Below, piece after piece: positions 9,960 through 22,838 of a stretch of DNA of 46,348 nt. Positions within the stretch are counted from its first letter, which is position 1. Each line of letters starts with the position of its first letter. Position numbers and translations under genes: made by a program. Below the pieces are notes generated by a model. That model was given only the letters and a program-made list of their open reading frames with translations, did no database searches and was not told where the DNA came from. The stretch is taken from contig NW_003314414.1 in assembly GCF_000143415.4 (NCBI RefSeq), positions 1 to 46,348 on the forward strand. The letters run 5' to 3'. The DNA is from Selaginella moellendorffii (lineage: Eukaryota; Plantae; Lycopodiophyta).

Positions 9960-10765
9960 AGTCCGGATCCGGGCGGGCAAAATTCCCTCGTGTTTGAACG
10001 TGGGTGAGCTCAGTCGCATGGGGGCTTAGCTGGTGCTTCACAACCGGGGAAGTGACGCTCTAGGCATCTACCCTTTTGTTAAAAATGCATGTGATGGGGG
10101 AGCAAGAAGTCACATGCTCTGTGCTATTGAGCGACCTTTTGGAATCTCGGGCAAGGGATGTATTTCTACCTGGCGAAAGGATCGGTCGCTCCATAGCACA
10201 AGAGCATGTAACTTCTTGCTCCCTCCGCCATGTGCATTTTTAACAAAGGTTTTCTCCTTGTGTTGTCCCTCATGGGTGATGGCTCCAAGTGGGATCACCA
10301 AGTCCGGATCCGGGCGGGCAATTCCCTTGTTTTGAACTTGGGTGAGCTCAATCGCATGGGGGCTTGGTGGGGAGCTGGGTTCTGAGGTGACTGATGCAAA
10401 ACATGTACGTGCCTGCATGCCCTTTGCGCATGTACTAAGTAAGCATGTGGTGGAGGACATATGCTCCGTGCTATTCAGCGGCCTTTTGGAATCTCGGGCA
10501 GGGGATACATTTCCACCTGGCGAAAGGATTGGTCGCTGAATAGCATGGCAAAGTTTTCTCCCTGTGTGTGACTGATGGGTGATGGCTGCACTCACTTGTG
10601 ATGCTGAGGGAACTGATGTTCCTAGTGTAACCACTAAGTCTGGATCCGGGCGGGCAATTCCCTTGTCTTGAACTTGGGTGAGAGCTCAGTCGCATGGGGG
10701 CTTTAGTGTGGGAGCTGGGTTCTGAGGTGACCGAAGCGGAGCATGTATGTGCCTGCATGCCCTTC
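9960..10765 (+). repeat. 5'ETS repeats (~3 x 340 bp)
   Basis: tc(c/t)ggatccgggcgggcaa..ttccc at ~9962, 10303 and 10639. Confidence 0.75.
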
Positions 10766-12095
10766 AAGTGCACACTGTCCCTGTCCCGTCGCTCCTTGGG
10801 GGTGCTCCTAGACCTCCTTGGTGGTGAGTAGCAAGTATGGGTGACGGCATCCACTGGCTTGGTGTGATGCCGATCCAGGAACTTCTGTTAAGCTCTATTT
10901 CGTTAAAGTGGGATTTATTCAGTAAAATGGGACTAGGTACAAATTTTCAAGTATTTGAAAATGACGTGAAATTATATGTTTTTTGTCCAGGGGCTAGACA
11001 TATCTGGGGCATGGTGACTAGCGCAGTGATTTTATGTCCAGACTGAGTCCATCTAGTTGTATAATAAATCTCATTGTCAAGGTGAACAAGCCGAATCTGA
11101 AGCTAAAGAAGAGCGATGGCATGCGCGCACACACTATTTGTTTGTTCATTGAGCGTGTGGTGAGCTTTCCAAGATGAACATCATTCCTATTAGCCAGACA
11201 TATAACTTAATGGTGAGAACATTTAGATATTATTCAATGTTATCTTTTTCTAACGAATCTAATTGTGAAGGTGTAGCAAGAGGCATTGCTAGTCTGGAGA
11301 AGTCATTTAACTCATTTGACCCTTAGTGTATTTTCATGAAACTAAATAACATTCATATTATTAAGGAATTTCTCTAGTACCTTTTTTTTACGACATAGAG
11401 GCTTGCATTTCTTTCAAAGGTGATTTAGTAAAAGGCCTGAGGGCACATGCCATTCTATTTCTCAGACCGGTATTAAGATATACTAGTGCAAAGGGAAAAA
11501 GGTATTTGGTGATCAAGTAAATGGCATGAGGGCACACGCCATTATAAGCCTAAGCGCTAGTGGACACCTCCTTTTTGGTACTCTCAGCGGTACTATCATC
11601 CTTCTCCGGGTCAGTTGTTTTGCTTTGGATTGTTGTCTCTGACGTTACTGGGGCGTTCTCGATAGTTGTTAATGTTGCCGTTTGTTCAGAAAAATGATCA
11701 CCTGGAGTATAGTACGGGGAGTTTGGAAGACTTATATATTCTACATCTTCACCTATCTCCTTCTCCGTCTCCTTTTCTGCCTCACTTACAGATTTTGTGC
11801 TTGCCATGAGAACGCTCTTCACCCTAAAATATGGAGTTCGTTGTGTTATAAAAGGAAACCAACACACACGCTGCAAGGGAATGATGGTACATAAAGCACG
11901 TAAGCCCACAATATGGGTTTATGTGCCATTAATATGGGCCACACGCCATATTATTAGATTTATGCACGTGTGATTGGTAAATGCATATGTCACATCATCT
12001 TTGTTTTACCTCACACACTATATCAAGCCTCCTCTGATTCAGATTCGGATTGTTCACCTTGAAATAAAATACATTAGAAACTTTGTAAAGGAATA

Positions 12096-15000
12096 TTAAT
12101 GAATCTCACCTTGAACCCGAGTTATGAATGCTCTTGCTGCATCTCTTGCATGGTCTGGCAAGGTGATGGTGGCACTCTGCTTCCGCATCCAACCATGCAC
12201 AACATTATCCACCGATATGCTCATGCTGGGATCCCTTGGATTCAGCACCCATCTCTTTTCTAGGCAATCCTTCGTATATCCGGAACTTGGCTTGAACCAC
12301 TCCACAGTTACATTGAAGGAGTTAGTTTCCGCATCCTCCTCTGCATCAGTGATGCAGCGCCCCACCCATATCATTTGTTTTTTATTACTGGGTCTGACAA
12401 GCACGACCATTCCTTTGCAGACCTGTACTGGATTGAATGCTGAATCCGGCTTCTTGTTCCTCGGCCCACAATAGTGATCCTCAACATCGTTATCTGTCAC
12501 TGCATTTCCAGAGGACATTGTTCCGCTACTATCTGGTGCTCTGGGTTCTGGCCAAAAGGACTCTTCCAATTCTTCATATACAACCGGCCCATTTTGGATA
12601 GCAGATATAATCTTCTCCCAGTATTCGAGCAAAGGCTTGCACCTCTGAAAATAGGATTCTCCACCAAACACCAACCCCCTCTTCCAGAAGGCAATATGCT
12701 GTCTAATCCCGGCCACTATACTTTCCTGGTCTTTGAGTCCATCCGGGTGCATCGGCCGTGGGGAACCCTGAGGAATCATAGGTTCCCCAGTTATGGGATC
12801 TCTCTTGAAGAGTTCAATGCCGTCCACTGGCAGCCACACTGTGTCCCATTCTCTCATCTTGTACCTCATCACTGGAGCACCGTCACACATGCTGAAATGA
12901 AACTGAAGAGGCTTGGAGTGGCCAATCAGCGTTTCGGATCCATCCCTGATGTAGCCTCTTACAAACCCCTTAAAGTCTGGAACCTCTGTCAGAAGTGCAG
13001 CTTCAACAGTGCCTTTGATGCAATTTTGGAATTCATCGTAGAGTTGTGGGAGGGTGAGGACATTGGATCGCCGGAGGGACTCTGCCAGGTGACTGAACAT
13101 GGCATCGACGTCTTCATGAGTGTGCCCAACCATGAGAAAGCCAAGTGTAACCGTTTCAAATATGCCTTTGGCAACAAGCATCGCCAAGTACGCGAAGACG
13201 TACATGTTTTTGTTCTCACTGCCAGCATTGTCTGTTTGGAGCAGAAGATGGGGTGGAAGGCCACATCGGCCGCAAGAACTTCCTTGAGATTCTGCTTCGT
13301 TTGGATGAGGCTGTGCATTCACCGGGCGACCAGCCTCGTCGGAATGGCATGAGGCCTCACGTGATAACCCTACAATCTGACGGCCAACATATTCACTGGG
13401 ATGGCATGGGGCCCCACGCGATACTGCAAGCCTTTGCTCCTCCTCCAGCTGAACCCTGTATGGGGTTTGATCGACAAGGGCCTTATGCAAGGGTTGGCCG
13501 TTCAGCTCAGTCTGCGCACTTTGCAGAGACCTTAAGTGTTTTGCTAGGGACGCAATCATCATGTTTGCACCCCCGCCACCCCATAGAGGTACAAAGAAGT
13601 TCCCATAGTTCTGGGCACCATGCCCATGAGCGATTATGCCAAACAGAGACACAGGCAGCTGCATGGATGAAGAGATTGCCTTGGGGGCAGGATTGAGTCG
13701 AGGTAAGCACGTCTTTTTCTGGTCCATTTTGTCGTGGATGATGCAGAGGTAAGAGTCAGGTCTCTCCATGGAGAGAATCCTGTTATGATAATATGCAGTC
13801 CTGCAGCTTCTCTGCTCGATGTTGTGGTCGAGCCGCCTTCTAACCAACGTCTCTCGCTCTTGAGCGCTGCAAGAATTCTTCGACAAAGCCATTTTGATAG
13901 CAGTGCACTCGTCACACTTTGAAAAGCTGGAGTACTTTCCTATACTCACATCCCTGAACCTGTTGCTCCACAATCTACTAAATCTAGATTGGCTCAGCTT
14001 CCTGTAGCCATTACTCTGGAGTTCCCGATTCACATCTTCCAATATGGCCCCCTTGGTATACATGGAAGGGAGAACTCGTTGGGTGTCTCGTGTTCCATCT
14101 TCCAAGAGGCGGGTTTTATGTGGTTGCTGCTCGCTACATGTCTCGACAAACCTCTTGAAGATTGCCTCTCCATATACAACATGACCCCTGGTTTTGTGCG
14201 TACCGTCGTTCCCATGGACTGCCTGTTGAACCCTTTGTTCCTCGAACTCAGTTTTGATTCTGTAGAATGTGCTTCGAGGGACTCCATAAATGATTCTCCA
14301 TGCCTTCATGCAGACCAAACCCCTCTGGAAGACCATGCCCCCCACCTGATGTTCTGAAGCATCAACAGATGACCGTAATGCCTCATACACAAAATTGCGA
14401 GCTGCCTTCCAGGACAATGTCTTGTATCTTGCTCTCTCCTCTTCAATAGCATCCCAATCAACATGTTGATAGCACCTCCTCTTGCAACAAGCAACTGTCG
14501 AGACCATTCGAACCTCCATCGCCATTTTCTGCCTTTTCGGTTCGTTGCTCAGATCCCTTTGGCTGCGCTTTAGGAAGGTGTACTTTCTTTTCCCATGAAG
14601 AGATGTTCTGTCATCAGTTGTAGTGGTGTTTGATTGTGAATCCTTCACATTCTCAAACACTAAGTGCCTCAATTTCCACCGCACAATGCTTCCAATAGTC
14701 AGACTGTTTTCTTCTGTGTCAACAACCTCTAAAATCGCAACTCCAATATCATCCCAGCCCAATTCTTGATTAGCAACCGCATCTCTTGGATCGACAACTG
14801 TGGCTAAGCCCTCAGCTACCACCTCCCCCTCGGGGTTGTTTAGAAACACTTTTGCCTGAATCCATGTAGCACGGTTCTTAAGATCCACGGAGGGAACATG
14901 CGTCGCACTTGCGCTGTCCCCAACATCTGCTTTCTTCTGAAGATTTTTCAAGGCAACAACAACATTTACCCCGACGACCATCTCTCCTCGTTCAATAGCG

Positions 15001-15164
15001 ACCACATTCCCATCGAAGACAGTCTCTACTGATATAGCAGCATTGCCTTCCCCAAGCCTTTCACAGTGTATAACAAAGTTCCGATCCATAGACACAAGGG
15101 TCCCTTTTGCAACTCTCTTCCCACCATTCAAAATGTAAACCTTTTCCCCAACCCTGAAGGCCAT
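12096..15164 (-). CDS. DDD transposase, Sola-like, 1022 aa, uninterrupted
   Basis: CCKRRC..CMKAW..YGV; FSKCDEC; IIHDKMDQ; LQTDNAGSENKN..FLMVGHTHEDVDAMFS, a catalytic pattern typical of Sola transposases. Confidence 0.85.
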   Translation of the reverse strand: MAFRVGEKVYILNGGKRVAKGTLVSMDRNFVIHCERLGEGNAAISVETVFDGNVVAIERGEMVVGVNVVVALKNLQKKADVGDSASATHVPSVDLKNRATWIQAKVFLNNPEGEVVAEGLATVVDPRDAVANQELGWDDIGVAILEVVDTEENSLTIGSIVRWKLRHLVFENVKDSQSNTTTTDDRTSLHGKRKYTFLKRSQRDLSNEPKRQKMAMEVRMVSTVACCKRRCYQHVDWDAIEEERARYKTLSWKAARNFVYEALRSSVDASEHQVGGMVFQRGLVCMKAWRIIYGVPRSTFYRIKTEFEEQRVQQAVHGNDGTHKTRGHVVYGEAIFKRFVETCSEQQPHKTRLLEDGTRDTQRVLPSMYTKGAILEDVNRELQSNGYRKLSQSRFSRLWSNRFRDVSIGKYSSFSKCDECTAIKMALSKNSCSAQERETLVRRRLDHNIEQRSCRTAYYHNRILSMERPDSYLCIIHDKMDQKKTCLPRLNPAPKAISSSMQLPVSLFGIIAHGHGAQNYGNFFVPLWGGGGANMMIASLAKHLRSLQSAQTELNGQPLHKALVDQTPYRVQLEEEQRLAVSRGAPCHPSEYVGRQIVGLSREASCHSDEAGRPVNAQPHPNEAESQGSSCGRCGLPPHLLLQTDNAGSENKNMYVFAYLAMLVAKGIFETVTLGFLMVGHTHEDVDAMFSHLAESLRRSNVLTLPQLYDEFQNCIKGTVEAALLTEVPDFKGFVRGYIRDGSETLIGHSKPLQFHFSMCDGAPVMRYKMREWDTVWLPVDGIELFKRDPITGEPMIPQGSPRPMHPDGLKDQESIVAGIRQHIAFWKRGLVFGGESYFQRCKPLLEYWEKIISAIQNGPVVYEELEESFWPEPRAPDSSGTMSSGNAVTDNDVEDHYCGPRNKKPDSAFNPVQVCKGMVVLVRPSNKKQMIWVGRCITDAEEDAETNSFNVTVEWFKPSSGYTKDCLEKRWVLNPRDPSMSISVDNVVHGWMRKQSATITLPDHARDAARAFITRVQGEIH

Positions 15165-15528
15165 TCTGAAAGTGCAGAAAAGAAGTTAAGACCATACAAA
15201 AAATGATTGGAGAATGGCCTAAATCATAACATACCAAACAACCTCAATAGCATGAGGCCACATGCCATTATTCAAACATGCTATTGACACCCACGTGAAA
15301 TTTCGCATTCACAAAATTGGCATGAGGCCTCATGCCATCTTGATATACACACAGCTGCAGGCAAGTAAAAACATACATGACAATACGCTAGCCATGAAAT
15401 TGCAAGGGCCCAAGATGGCATGTGGCCTCATGCCATTTCTAAATGTGGTCCTAAGCCATTCCATGGTGAACATACCAGGAAGCACAAGTGCCGAATATCA
15501 AGAGGAAGCGGTAGCCACACCAAAGACA

Positions 15529-15660
15529 GTGCCGCTCGCAACACCGCAACTACTCGTAGCGCCGCTCGCAACACCGCAACTGCTCGTAGCGCCGCTCGCA
15601 CAAACTGCCACTCGCATAAACTGCCGCTCGCAATGGCGCTCGCAATGCCGCAACCGCTCG
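15529..15660. repeat. 30-bp tandem repeat (gccgctcgcaacaccgcaactactcgtagc) upstream of the transposase
   Basis: Seen directly. Confidence 0.8.
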
Positions 15661-17732
15661 TAGACGCATAAACCACAGCCCACAACGCCGCTTACACAAG
15701 CAGCGCTCACTGCGCTCAGCGGAACCAAGAACACGGCGCACAAAAATGATAGACCTAGGAATGAGTTCGAGAATTCAAAAATAACACACGCTTGAACGTC
15801 ACATCAAATCCTCTGACAAACCAGATCTTATGATTCCTCTGACAAATTTCAAACTGAGTAGCTTCTAGACTTTGCTGTCGGAGGTTGAACTTTGTCACAT
15901 CATGTCCTTGCCTCGATCCAGCTGTGCCATGTCAGTGATTCGAACTTTGCCATGCCATGTCAGCGATCCGCGCCAAGATTATTCGCCGTGTAAAGGAATA
16001 ATTACGCTGTGTGTGTACGTCCATTTATGGCAATATAAGGCCACACGCCATTCAAAGAATAATGCTCGACATAAGGCCACACGCCATTCAAAGAATAATG
16101 CTAGTCGAGCATTTTTTGGTGCATTTTTGGGTTCAAAATTGCATGAGCCCACACGCTATAAAGTTTACCTGTACCAAAAATAGAAACAGCTTTATTTACT
16201 TGGGAATTTAAGTGGTTGAGGCATTTTTAAACTTACAAACACATGCCCTACTTACATTCCTTTGGTTGCCTAAAATTCAAAAATATTATAAACCTTTCTT
16301 TTTGCATTTTCAATGTTTTCAATTATGGTTTTTGATTTTCGTAGGACCAGCCTAGTAATCTATTTGCATCCCGTCATGTTTATAGCTAGCTTTCGCTCGT
16401 CCCCTTCGCTAGCCTGAGATACATCTGCTCGGCATCTGCCTCTTACAGCATTTGCCCAGAAAGGGCATCTTTCTTCACGCAGCATTTGCCACATGTTTAG
16501 GGTTTAGGGTTTAGCAATTCAGTAGCTTGATAAACATGCAAATACAGAACTTGATGCAAAATCCTTTGATATGTCACAATGCCCCTAGGACCATAAACAC
16601 ATTTCAATAGAGAGGGTCCTTTCATTTCATAACTCCTTACGTAGATCTTGGTGAAACCAGAGTTAGTGAAGTTAGTTTCTTGTGATCCCGCATCTGATTG
16701 TGATGTCCCTTTGCAGTTTCGATGGAAAGGTCAATGCACACCAAACTGTAAAATCTTGGAGCAAAATAACAGTCGGATCTATGGCAAATGCCCCTGAAAC
16801 ATTGTAAGGCTCGTGTGGTCTCATGTGGTGTCCGATTGAGATGCTTCTTTGCAGGGTCATCAAGAAAGACATTGTATACCATTCTGTAAAATCTAGTTGC
16901 GATCTAACGGTTGGATCTCCAGAAAACTCAAAAAAATCTCGCGCATGTCAGAATATCCTAGGAATATACTCCTATGTGCCCCTGAAAATGGCATGCGGCC
17001 CCACGCCATTCAAGAGATAATGCCAGATGACGCCGAGAATTTTTTGGTGCATTTTTTGGGTTCAAAATTGCATGAGCCCACACGCTATAAAGTTTATCTT
17101 TGCCAAATAGAGAAAAGTTTATCTGTGTCATGTGAGGTAGTTACAGTCCTTTGTGCTCGGCATCTGCCTCTTGCAGCATTTGCACTGAAAGGGAATTTTT
17201 CTCCATTCAGCATTTGGCCCTGAAAATGGCATGCGCCCACACGCCATTCAAGGAATAACGCCACAGGACGCCTGGATTTTTGGGTTTAAAATGTTTAGGG
17301 TTTTTTGGGTTTTTTCAAAATATTTTGGGTCCAACGTTTTTTGGGTTTCTTTGGTTCAAAATTGCATGAGCCCACACGCTATAATATTGATTTGAGAGAA
17401 AAATAGAAACAGATAGAATTTCTTTATTTAGCTGAACATCTGCCATTTTTGGAAATACAAGATGCTTTGGAATATCCAATCATGCATGGTATAAATATAG
17501 CGAGGGTATTAAATGATATCCCAATCATGATCTTTCTTTTGGATTTCGCGTGCATGCAGTCCGAGGAATGATGACGTTGCGGATTTCTTTTGGATTTTGC
17601 GTGCTTGCATGCGCGCGGCAATCCAGAAATTAATGGTGGCGCCCAAGTCCGAGGAATGATGACGTGGCGGGATTACCAACCGTTGTGACATTTCGCGCGT
17701 GTGAGGTTAGGTTTTGCATTTTGCTTTGTACT

Positions 17733-17905
17733 CGCGCTCGCACACTCGCGCTCGCGCTCGCATCACACTCGCGCTCCCGCTCGCATCGCGCTCCCACTCG
17801 CGATCACGCTCACTTCTCTACAGGTTTCTCGTGTGCATCGGCGTCCACTCGCGCTTGCATCACACTCGCGCTCGCATCGCGCTCGTGTGCATCGGCGTCC
17901 ACTTC
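17733..17905. repeat. CTCGCG/CACTCGCG-rich low-complexity repeat upstream of the cargo gene
   Basis: Seen directly. Confidence 0.75.
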
Positions 17906-18353
17906 AAGACACACCCAGTTTGTAACTTCGCCGCCAACTCCGCCGCCCACTCCACCACCCACACGCAGCCCACTTGGCGTCCCGGGAGATTTCAGCACCA
18001 CTCTCCAACTGTAAGTGGCAGAGTAGCCTTGCTGCTACGATCCGCTGCACACACAGTGCACATTCGCCAGCGAGTCCGGCCTCGATTGTCACGGCCTCCA
18101 TTCGGCTTCAAATGGTAAGTCTTTTAGACCAAGTAGAAAATGGCATGAGGCCACATGCCATTCAGTAGCAACATTGGCATGCACCGATTGGGCTCTCGAG
18201 TGCAGTCCGGTTACAGATGGCGTGTAGCCTCACGCCATCTTAGGATGCAGCCTCAAGACATCTGATGCAGTGGTGAATGGCGTGTGGCCTCACGTTATTT
18301 CCAGCTGCTAGCTTTTCATCTGTCAGCTCTAATTGTTGTGCATTTTTGAACAG

Positions 18354-20895
18354 GCGAGGAATTGCGTTCTTCTTCCAGCCACTGTCAATGTGGATGCAGA
18401 GAAGGGGGAGGAGCTCACCAGTTGGACTTTCGGGATGGAAGGCGAGGATCTGATGCTGTACAACACAGATGGTGGGAGAAAAGAATGCATGGGGATCCTC
18501 ATCCAAGTGACAAACACTCCATGCAGTTCCATGCAAAAATATGGACTGGCACTTGTGGTAGAGACAGCGTCCGCCTTCAAGATCCACCTTGCACATCCTA
18601 GCGGCTTCCCGGAGGGGGGCAGCGGCTATGAGGAATTCCTAGAGGGAGCTAGGGAGAGGTTGTCCAGGAGGCCCACAATTTCAAAGACGCTGCGGGTCTA
18701 TGAAGATCACATGGAATCCACGGACCTCACCTACGGCGATGTTCAAAAACTATATTCCAACATTGAGCCGTTGAGAGTGCCTCCAGTTTGCGAAGCGAAG
18801 GGGAAGGGGGTCGATCTGGAAACTACCCCGAAGCAGAAAAGGGTGGTCAAGCTCAAGCCGACGTCCGACTCTGCTGCTCCAAAAAAGAAGCTACTCGGTG
18901 ATGCCATTGCCTCGGGTTCGAACACTACACCCACCAAAAAGAAGAGCCGCAAAGAGCAGAAAGAGCAAGAAGAGGCAGCAAAAATCGTCGCAGATAATAG
19001 TACTTGTTACTATTCCAACAAAGTATATACAATCGACGTGAGCCGTATCGAGATCCAAAGCAAATACAACCACAGGCTAGTATCTGATGAGTGGGTGGAG
19101 AAACTGAAGCAGAAGATGCTGGCAAGTCCAGTAACACCCGACATCGCAGACGTGATCCCCTACTACCGAACAATGAAGGGCGAGACGAGGTTTCCAGACT
19201 TGATCAATAGGAAGGTGTTGGACGATCAGAACATCCGGTTCTATGCCGTCTCCGGGCAGCATTCTAGCTTGGCGATGCAACAGATAGTTGTGGATATTAT
19301 GGTGGGCGAGGAGGTGAAGAAAGTCTTCAAGACAAGAGTTGTCCGCCTGATAAAAGGCAACTCGCCCCTCCGATCTATCATATACATCTCCCACGCGCAG
19401 AATGTCAAGCAAGAAACGTGCTACAAATCGGGTCTGCACGAGACATTGGCACGAACACGGAAGCTCTGGGTTCAACTAAAGAAGCCACAAAAACCAGGAC
19501 AAGGACGTGCACTAGCAACTAGCGCCTGGCAGGTAAGCCTCGTTGCATGTGGCATAGCATGTGGCCTCACGCCATTTCCATTGCAGGAATTCTCGAGTCT
19601 TCTCTCGAAAACACTGGGGGTCAATGACACACTCAGCATCCATAACATTCTACTCGCGACAAAAGTTGTTTTTGACAAATGGGTAGATGTGCTAAGGAGG
19701 TACCATGACGGGGAGTTGCTAAACTCAATGGGTGTGGAGGACGGCCGGAAGCCCAATGATTTGAAGCTCAACGCCTTGCGTTTCTCGCGGTCTCTAGACG
19801 ACGACGACCTTCTGACAGTGGCTAATGCTCTTCTACGTGGTGAGGTAGTCTTCAACAAGCCCAAAATGACTCCCGGCCATATTGTGACATACGAGGACTT
19901 GTGCACGACTCTGAGAGCTCGTGCGCTATTGAAGGATTGGATCTTCGAGCAAGTGGCCGTGGCGAGGGTGAGCATCGACACCACGCAAGAGATGATGGAA
20001 GAGCTGGACTTGTCAAATGAAGACATCGACGAGTACGTGAAGGGGGCCCCCAAGTTCATCGATCTGCTGCGGGATGCCACGAAAAGTAAAGCTGAGAAGT
20101 TGGATCAGTATCCAAATTTCATTAAGAGGGATGTCGACCGCCGGCTTCAGAAACAACTCGACCCCGCAGCAGAGGCCTATCGAGAACCTTACCGGGTATA
20201 CGTGAATTCGGATGAGGATCAAAGGTGGAGGAGCATCGTTTCCCGCGGAGATGAGCAGGTCAAGAACATCTTTTGTGTGATGGACTTCACAAACGAGGAG
20301 ATCACTCATGCAGACGAAGTCAGCTCCATCATTGACTTAATGGTGGGACTTGCGGAGGTGGAATCTTCAGTCCACTATATGATCTACGACTCCGAATCCT
20401 ATCACAAGTTCTGGAAGGCCTTGAACGAGGTGAAGGCTCGGTTGAAAGGCAAGGAGATGCGGGAGATCCATGGGATAATGGCTAAGAAGAAGATACCGAC
20501 GAATGTCCGCATCTTCACAGTCGCCCTTGTTATTGGTCCTGCAGCAGAGTGGGACTGGAGTGACTTCCCAGCTTCGTTCAACAAAGCCGATCGAATTGAT
20601 CTGAGGGAGGTCAATTTACCCGTGCCTGAGGAACTGAAGACGGCTATGGAGCTTTCGAATCCAAAGAAAGCTCCAGGTGCAGCATGGGAAATGCTCAGCT
20701 GGGTCTTCAACGCAATAGCGGGTGACTCCAAGGGCAAATGCGTTGTCGAGTACAACTGCGGCGGACTATTCTTTCGAGCCGCACTACTCAAGGGTGTCCC
20801 GTGTGTTGCGGTGACAAACTCCATTGAAGAGGTGACTTCAATGGAGCATATAATTACAGTTGCCAAAGAAAAACAGTATCTTCTCTACGAACCTG
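18354..20895 (+). CDS. Main exons of the transposon cargo gene: ParB/Srx-like domain and a degenerate DNA-methyltransferase-like C-terminal region (true start uncertain; probable 54-nt intron at 19533-19586; continues through short exons)
   Basis: YNHRLVSDEWVEKLKQKM..FYAVSGQHSSLA resembles ParB Box I/II; CVVEYNCGGLFFRAALLKGVPCVAV resembles MTase motif I (VLDxFxGSG..AA..G). GT/AG sites are visible. Confidence 0.55.
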
Positions 20896-21388
20896 GTGAG
20901 TACGCACTTTAAGTTTAAATGTTATCTCACAAGCTCTGTATGCAGGAGCGTGGCCACCCCCAGATGCTGAAACGGCGTTAACAGCTACTGATGTTAGGCC
21001 GAGGTCACAACCTGCACAAGGTAAGGTCACGTGAGGCCTCACGCCATTTTGATTATAGATCGTTGTGAATATTCAGACACGAGGACTGAAAAGCGCACTG
21101 GTGGCACGTCGAAGAAGGACAAACAGACAAGCAATAGGAAAAAAGGAGGTACAAATTATATTTGCAATGGCGTGTGGTCTCATGCCATTCCTTGCAGGAG
21201 ACACTTCTTCAAAGGCAAAACAGGCAAGCACCAGCCAAGCTCAAACTGACAGTGGTCATAAAAAGCGAAAGCACGTTGGACAGTCGTCGGGATCAGAGGC
21301 GTTTGATTCGAAAAGGAAGAAGGGCAACGAAAAGATGATAGGTAATGCCTCGCGGTTATGGCGTGTGTGCTCATGCCATTCATTGCAG

Positions 21389-22793
21389 ATCAAGGGCTGA
21401 GTGAAAGGAGCCAGTCACCACCTTCTGACTCAGATTCCTATGGCAGACTCCCCTTCCCCAATCTCAATGGAGAGGTACAATGGATGAGGGATGCTTTTCA
21501 AGTCAGGGCCACGTTTTTCTCATCTCGTCGTCTTCGAAGGGTGCAAGAACGTGCAGAAACCATGTTAAGACAGTCGGGTGAGGATACGGTCCTAGGTCAC
21601 GCACTAAAATAGGCTATGGATGTCTTGTATTTTGAGATGGAGACTCGGCCAGATGATTTTTCCAAGATGGTCCTGGAAAAACAAGCAATCCAGCCTGAGC
21701 AGCCTATGGAAGAAATGCAAGAGGGGGATGAGGAGCCAGAGAAAGATAATGAGCAGGAAGAGCAGAAGGACGAAGAGGAGGACGAAGAAGAGGAGGACGA
21801 AGAAGAGGAGGACGAAGAGGACTTGGATGGTCCTCACAATGGTGACGATCACAATAACGACGATGACGATGATGACGATGATGGCCAGCCTGAGGTGGCC
21901 AAAGAGCAGCGGAGGAAGGTCATACAAGACAAACCATCAGGTAAATAATAGTACATCCATTCCTAACCTTTTACCATTTCTAACATTGTCCATGTAGGTC
22001 GCAGAAGAAATGGTAAGTAGAGATTATTCAGTTGAATTAAGATACAAACTCTAGCCTTTAGTGTCGAGGAAGGATAGTGCCAAGCAAGGGTCGAAACGTA
22101 TGTCCAATCCTTCAGAATCAGCAGTGCGCCCAAGTGATATCGGTCCTAGTTCCTCAATAGCAGTTGATGGTAAATACAGTATAGTCGATTCAATGTGCTA
22201 ATGAGTTTGTTTTTAGTAGCACGGGAGGATACCATCTCAATCGAAGGGAGATATTTGGACATGCATATGGATCCGCCAGTGGACTCTACTTGCCTGCAAG
22301 AGTCATCAGAGCTGGTGGAGGCTACTATCCATATCAACGCCAAGCAAGCTGACCACGCTCCACTTGATGCTGCCCATACCACTGAGTCAATCTTGTCCAC
22401 GTATCCAACTGACGGTGACCAGGCGCCATTGGACCCGCATGAGGCCGCCCCAGCCGCCGAGCCGGTCGTATCCTCATTTCCAACGTGTGCCCAATCGTCT
22501 GACTACGCGCCGTTGGAACCTCCCTACACCGCCCCTGCTGCCTGTTCGGTCATGTCCACTTTGCCAACGGAGGCACCAGCTGAAATGGCGTGTGATCACA
22601 CGCCATCGGAACCACCCCATGCCACTGTTGAGCCAGTTGTACCAGAGTCTACAGCTGAAATGGCATGTGCCCACACGCCATCGGATGCGATTGACCCCAC
22701 ATTGCAGAGGAGAGTATTTCCGCCCTTCACGTTTCCTCGACCAAAACCCTCTGAACGACCATCGGGAGCACCATTCGCTAATATTGTAGATGG
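21389..22793 (+). CDS. Downstream low-complexity exons (acidic E/D tract, Pro-rich exon), probably of the same cargo gene; exon structure uncertain, in-frame stop near 21610
   Basis: Plus-strand ORFs 21358-21612, 21616-21948 and 22195-22824 separated by short GT..AG introns. Confidence 0.4.
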
Positions 22794-22838
22794 TAAAATT
22801 GACTTGTACCATGTTTTATGCTGACGCATTTCATTTCA

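Noticed and set aside
11550-11909. 119-aa minus-strand ORF downstream of the transposase
   Set aside because: No recognisable domain; could be an alternative terminal exon but unsupported.
16496-16513. TTTAGGG tract as a healed chromosome end
   Set aside because: Only ~2.5 units inside the transposon's divergent promoter region; more likely a telo-box or chance.
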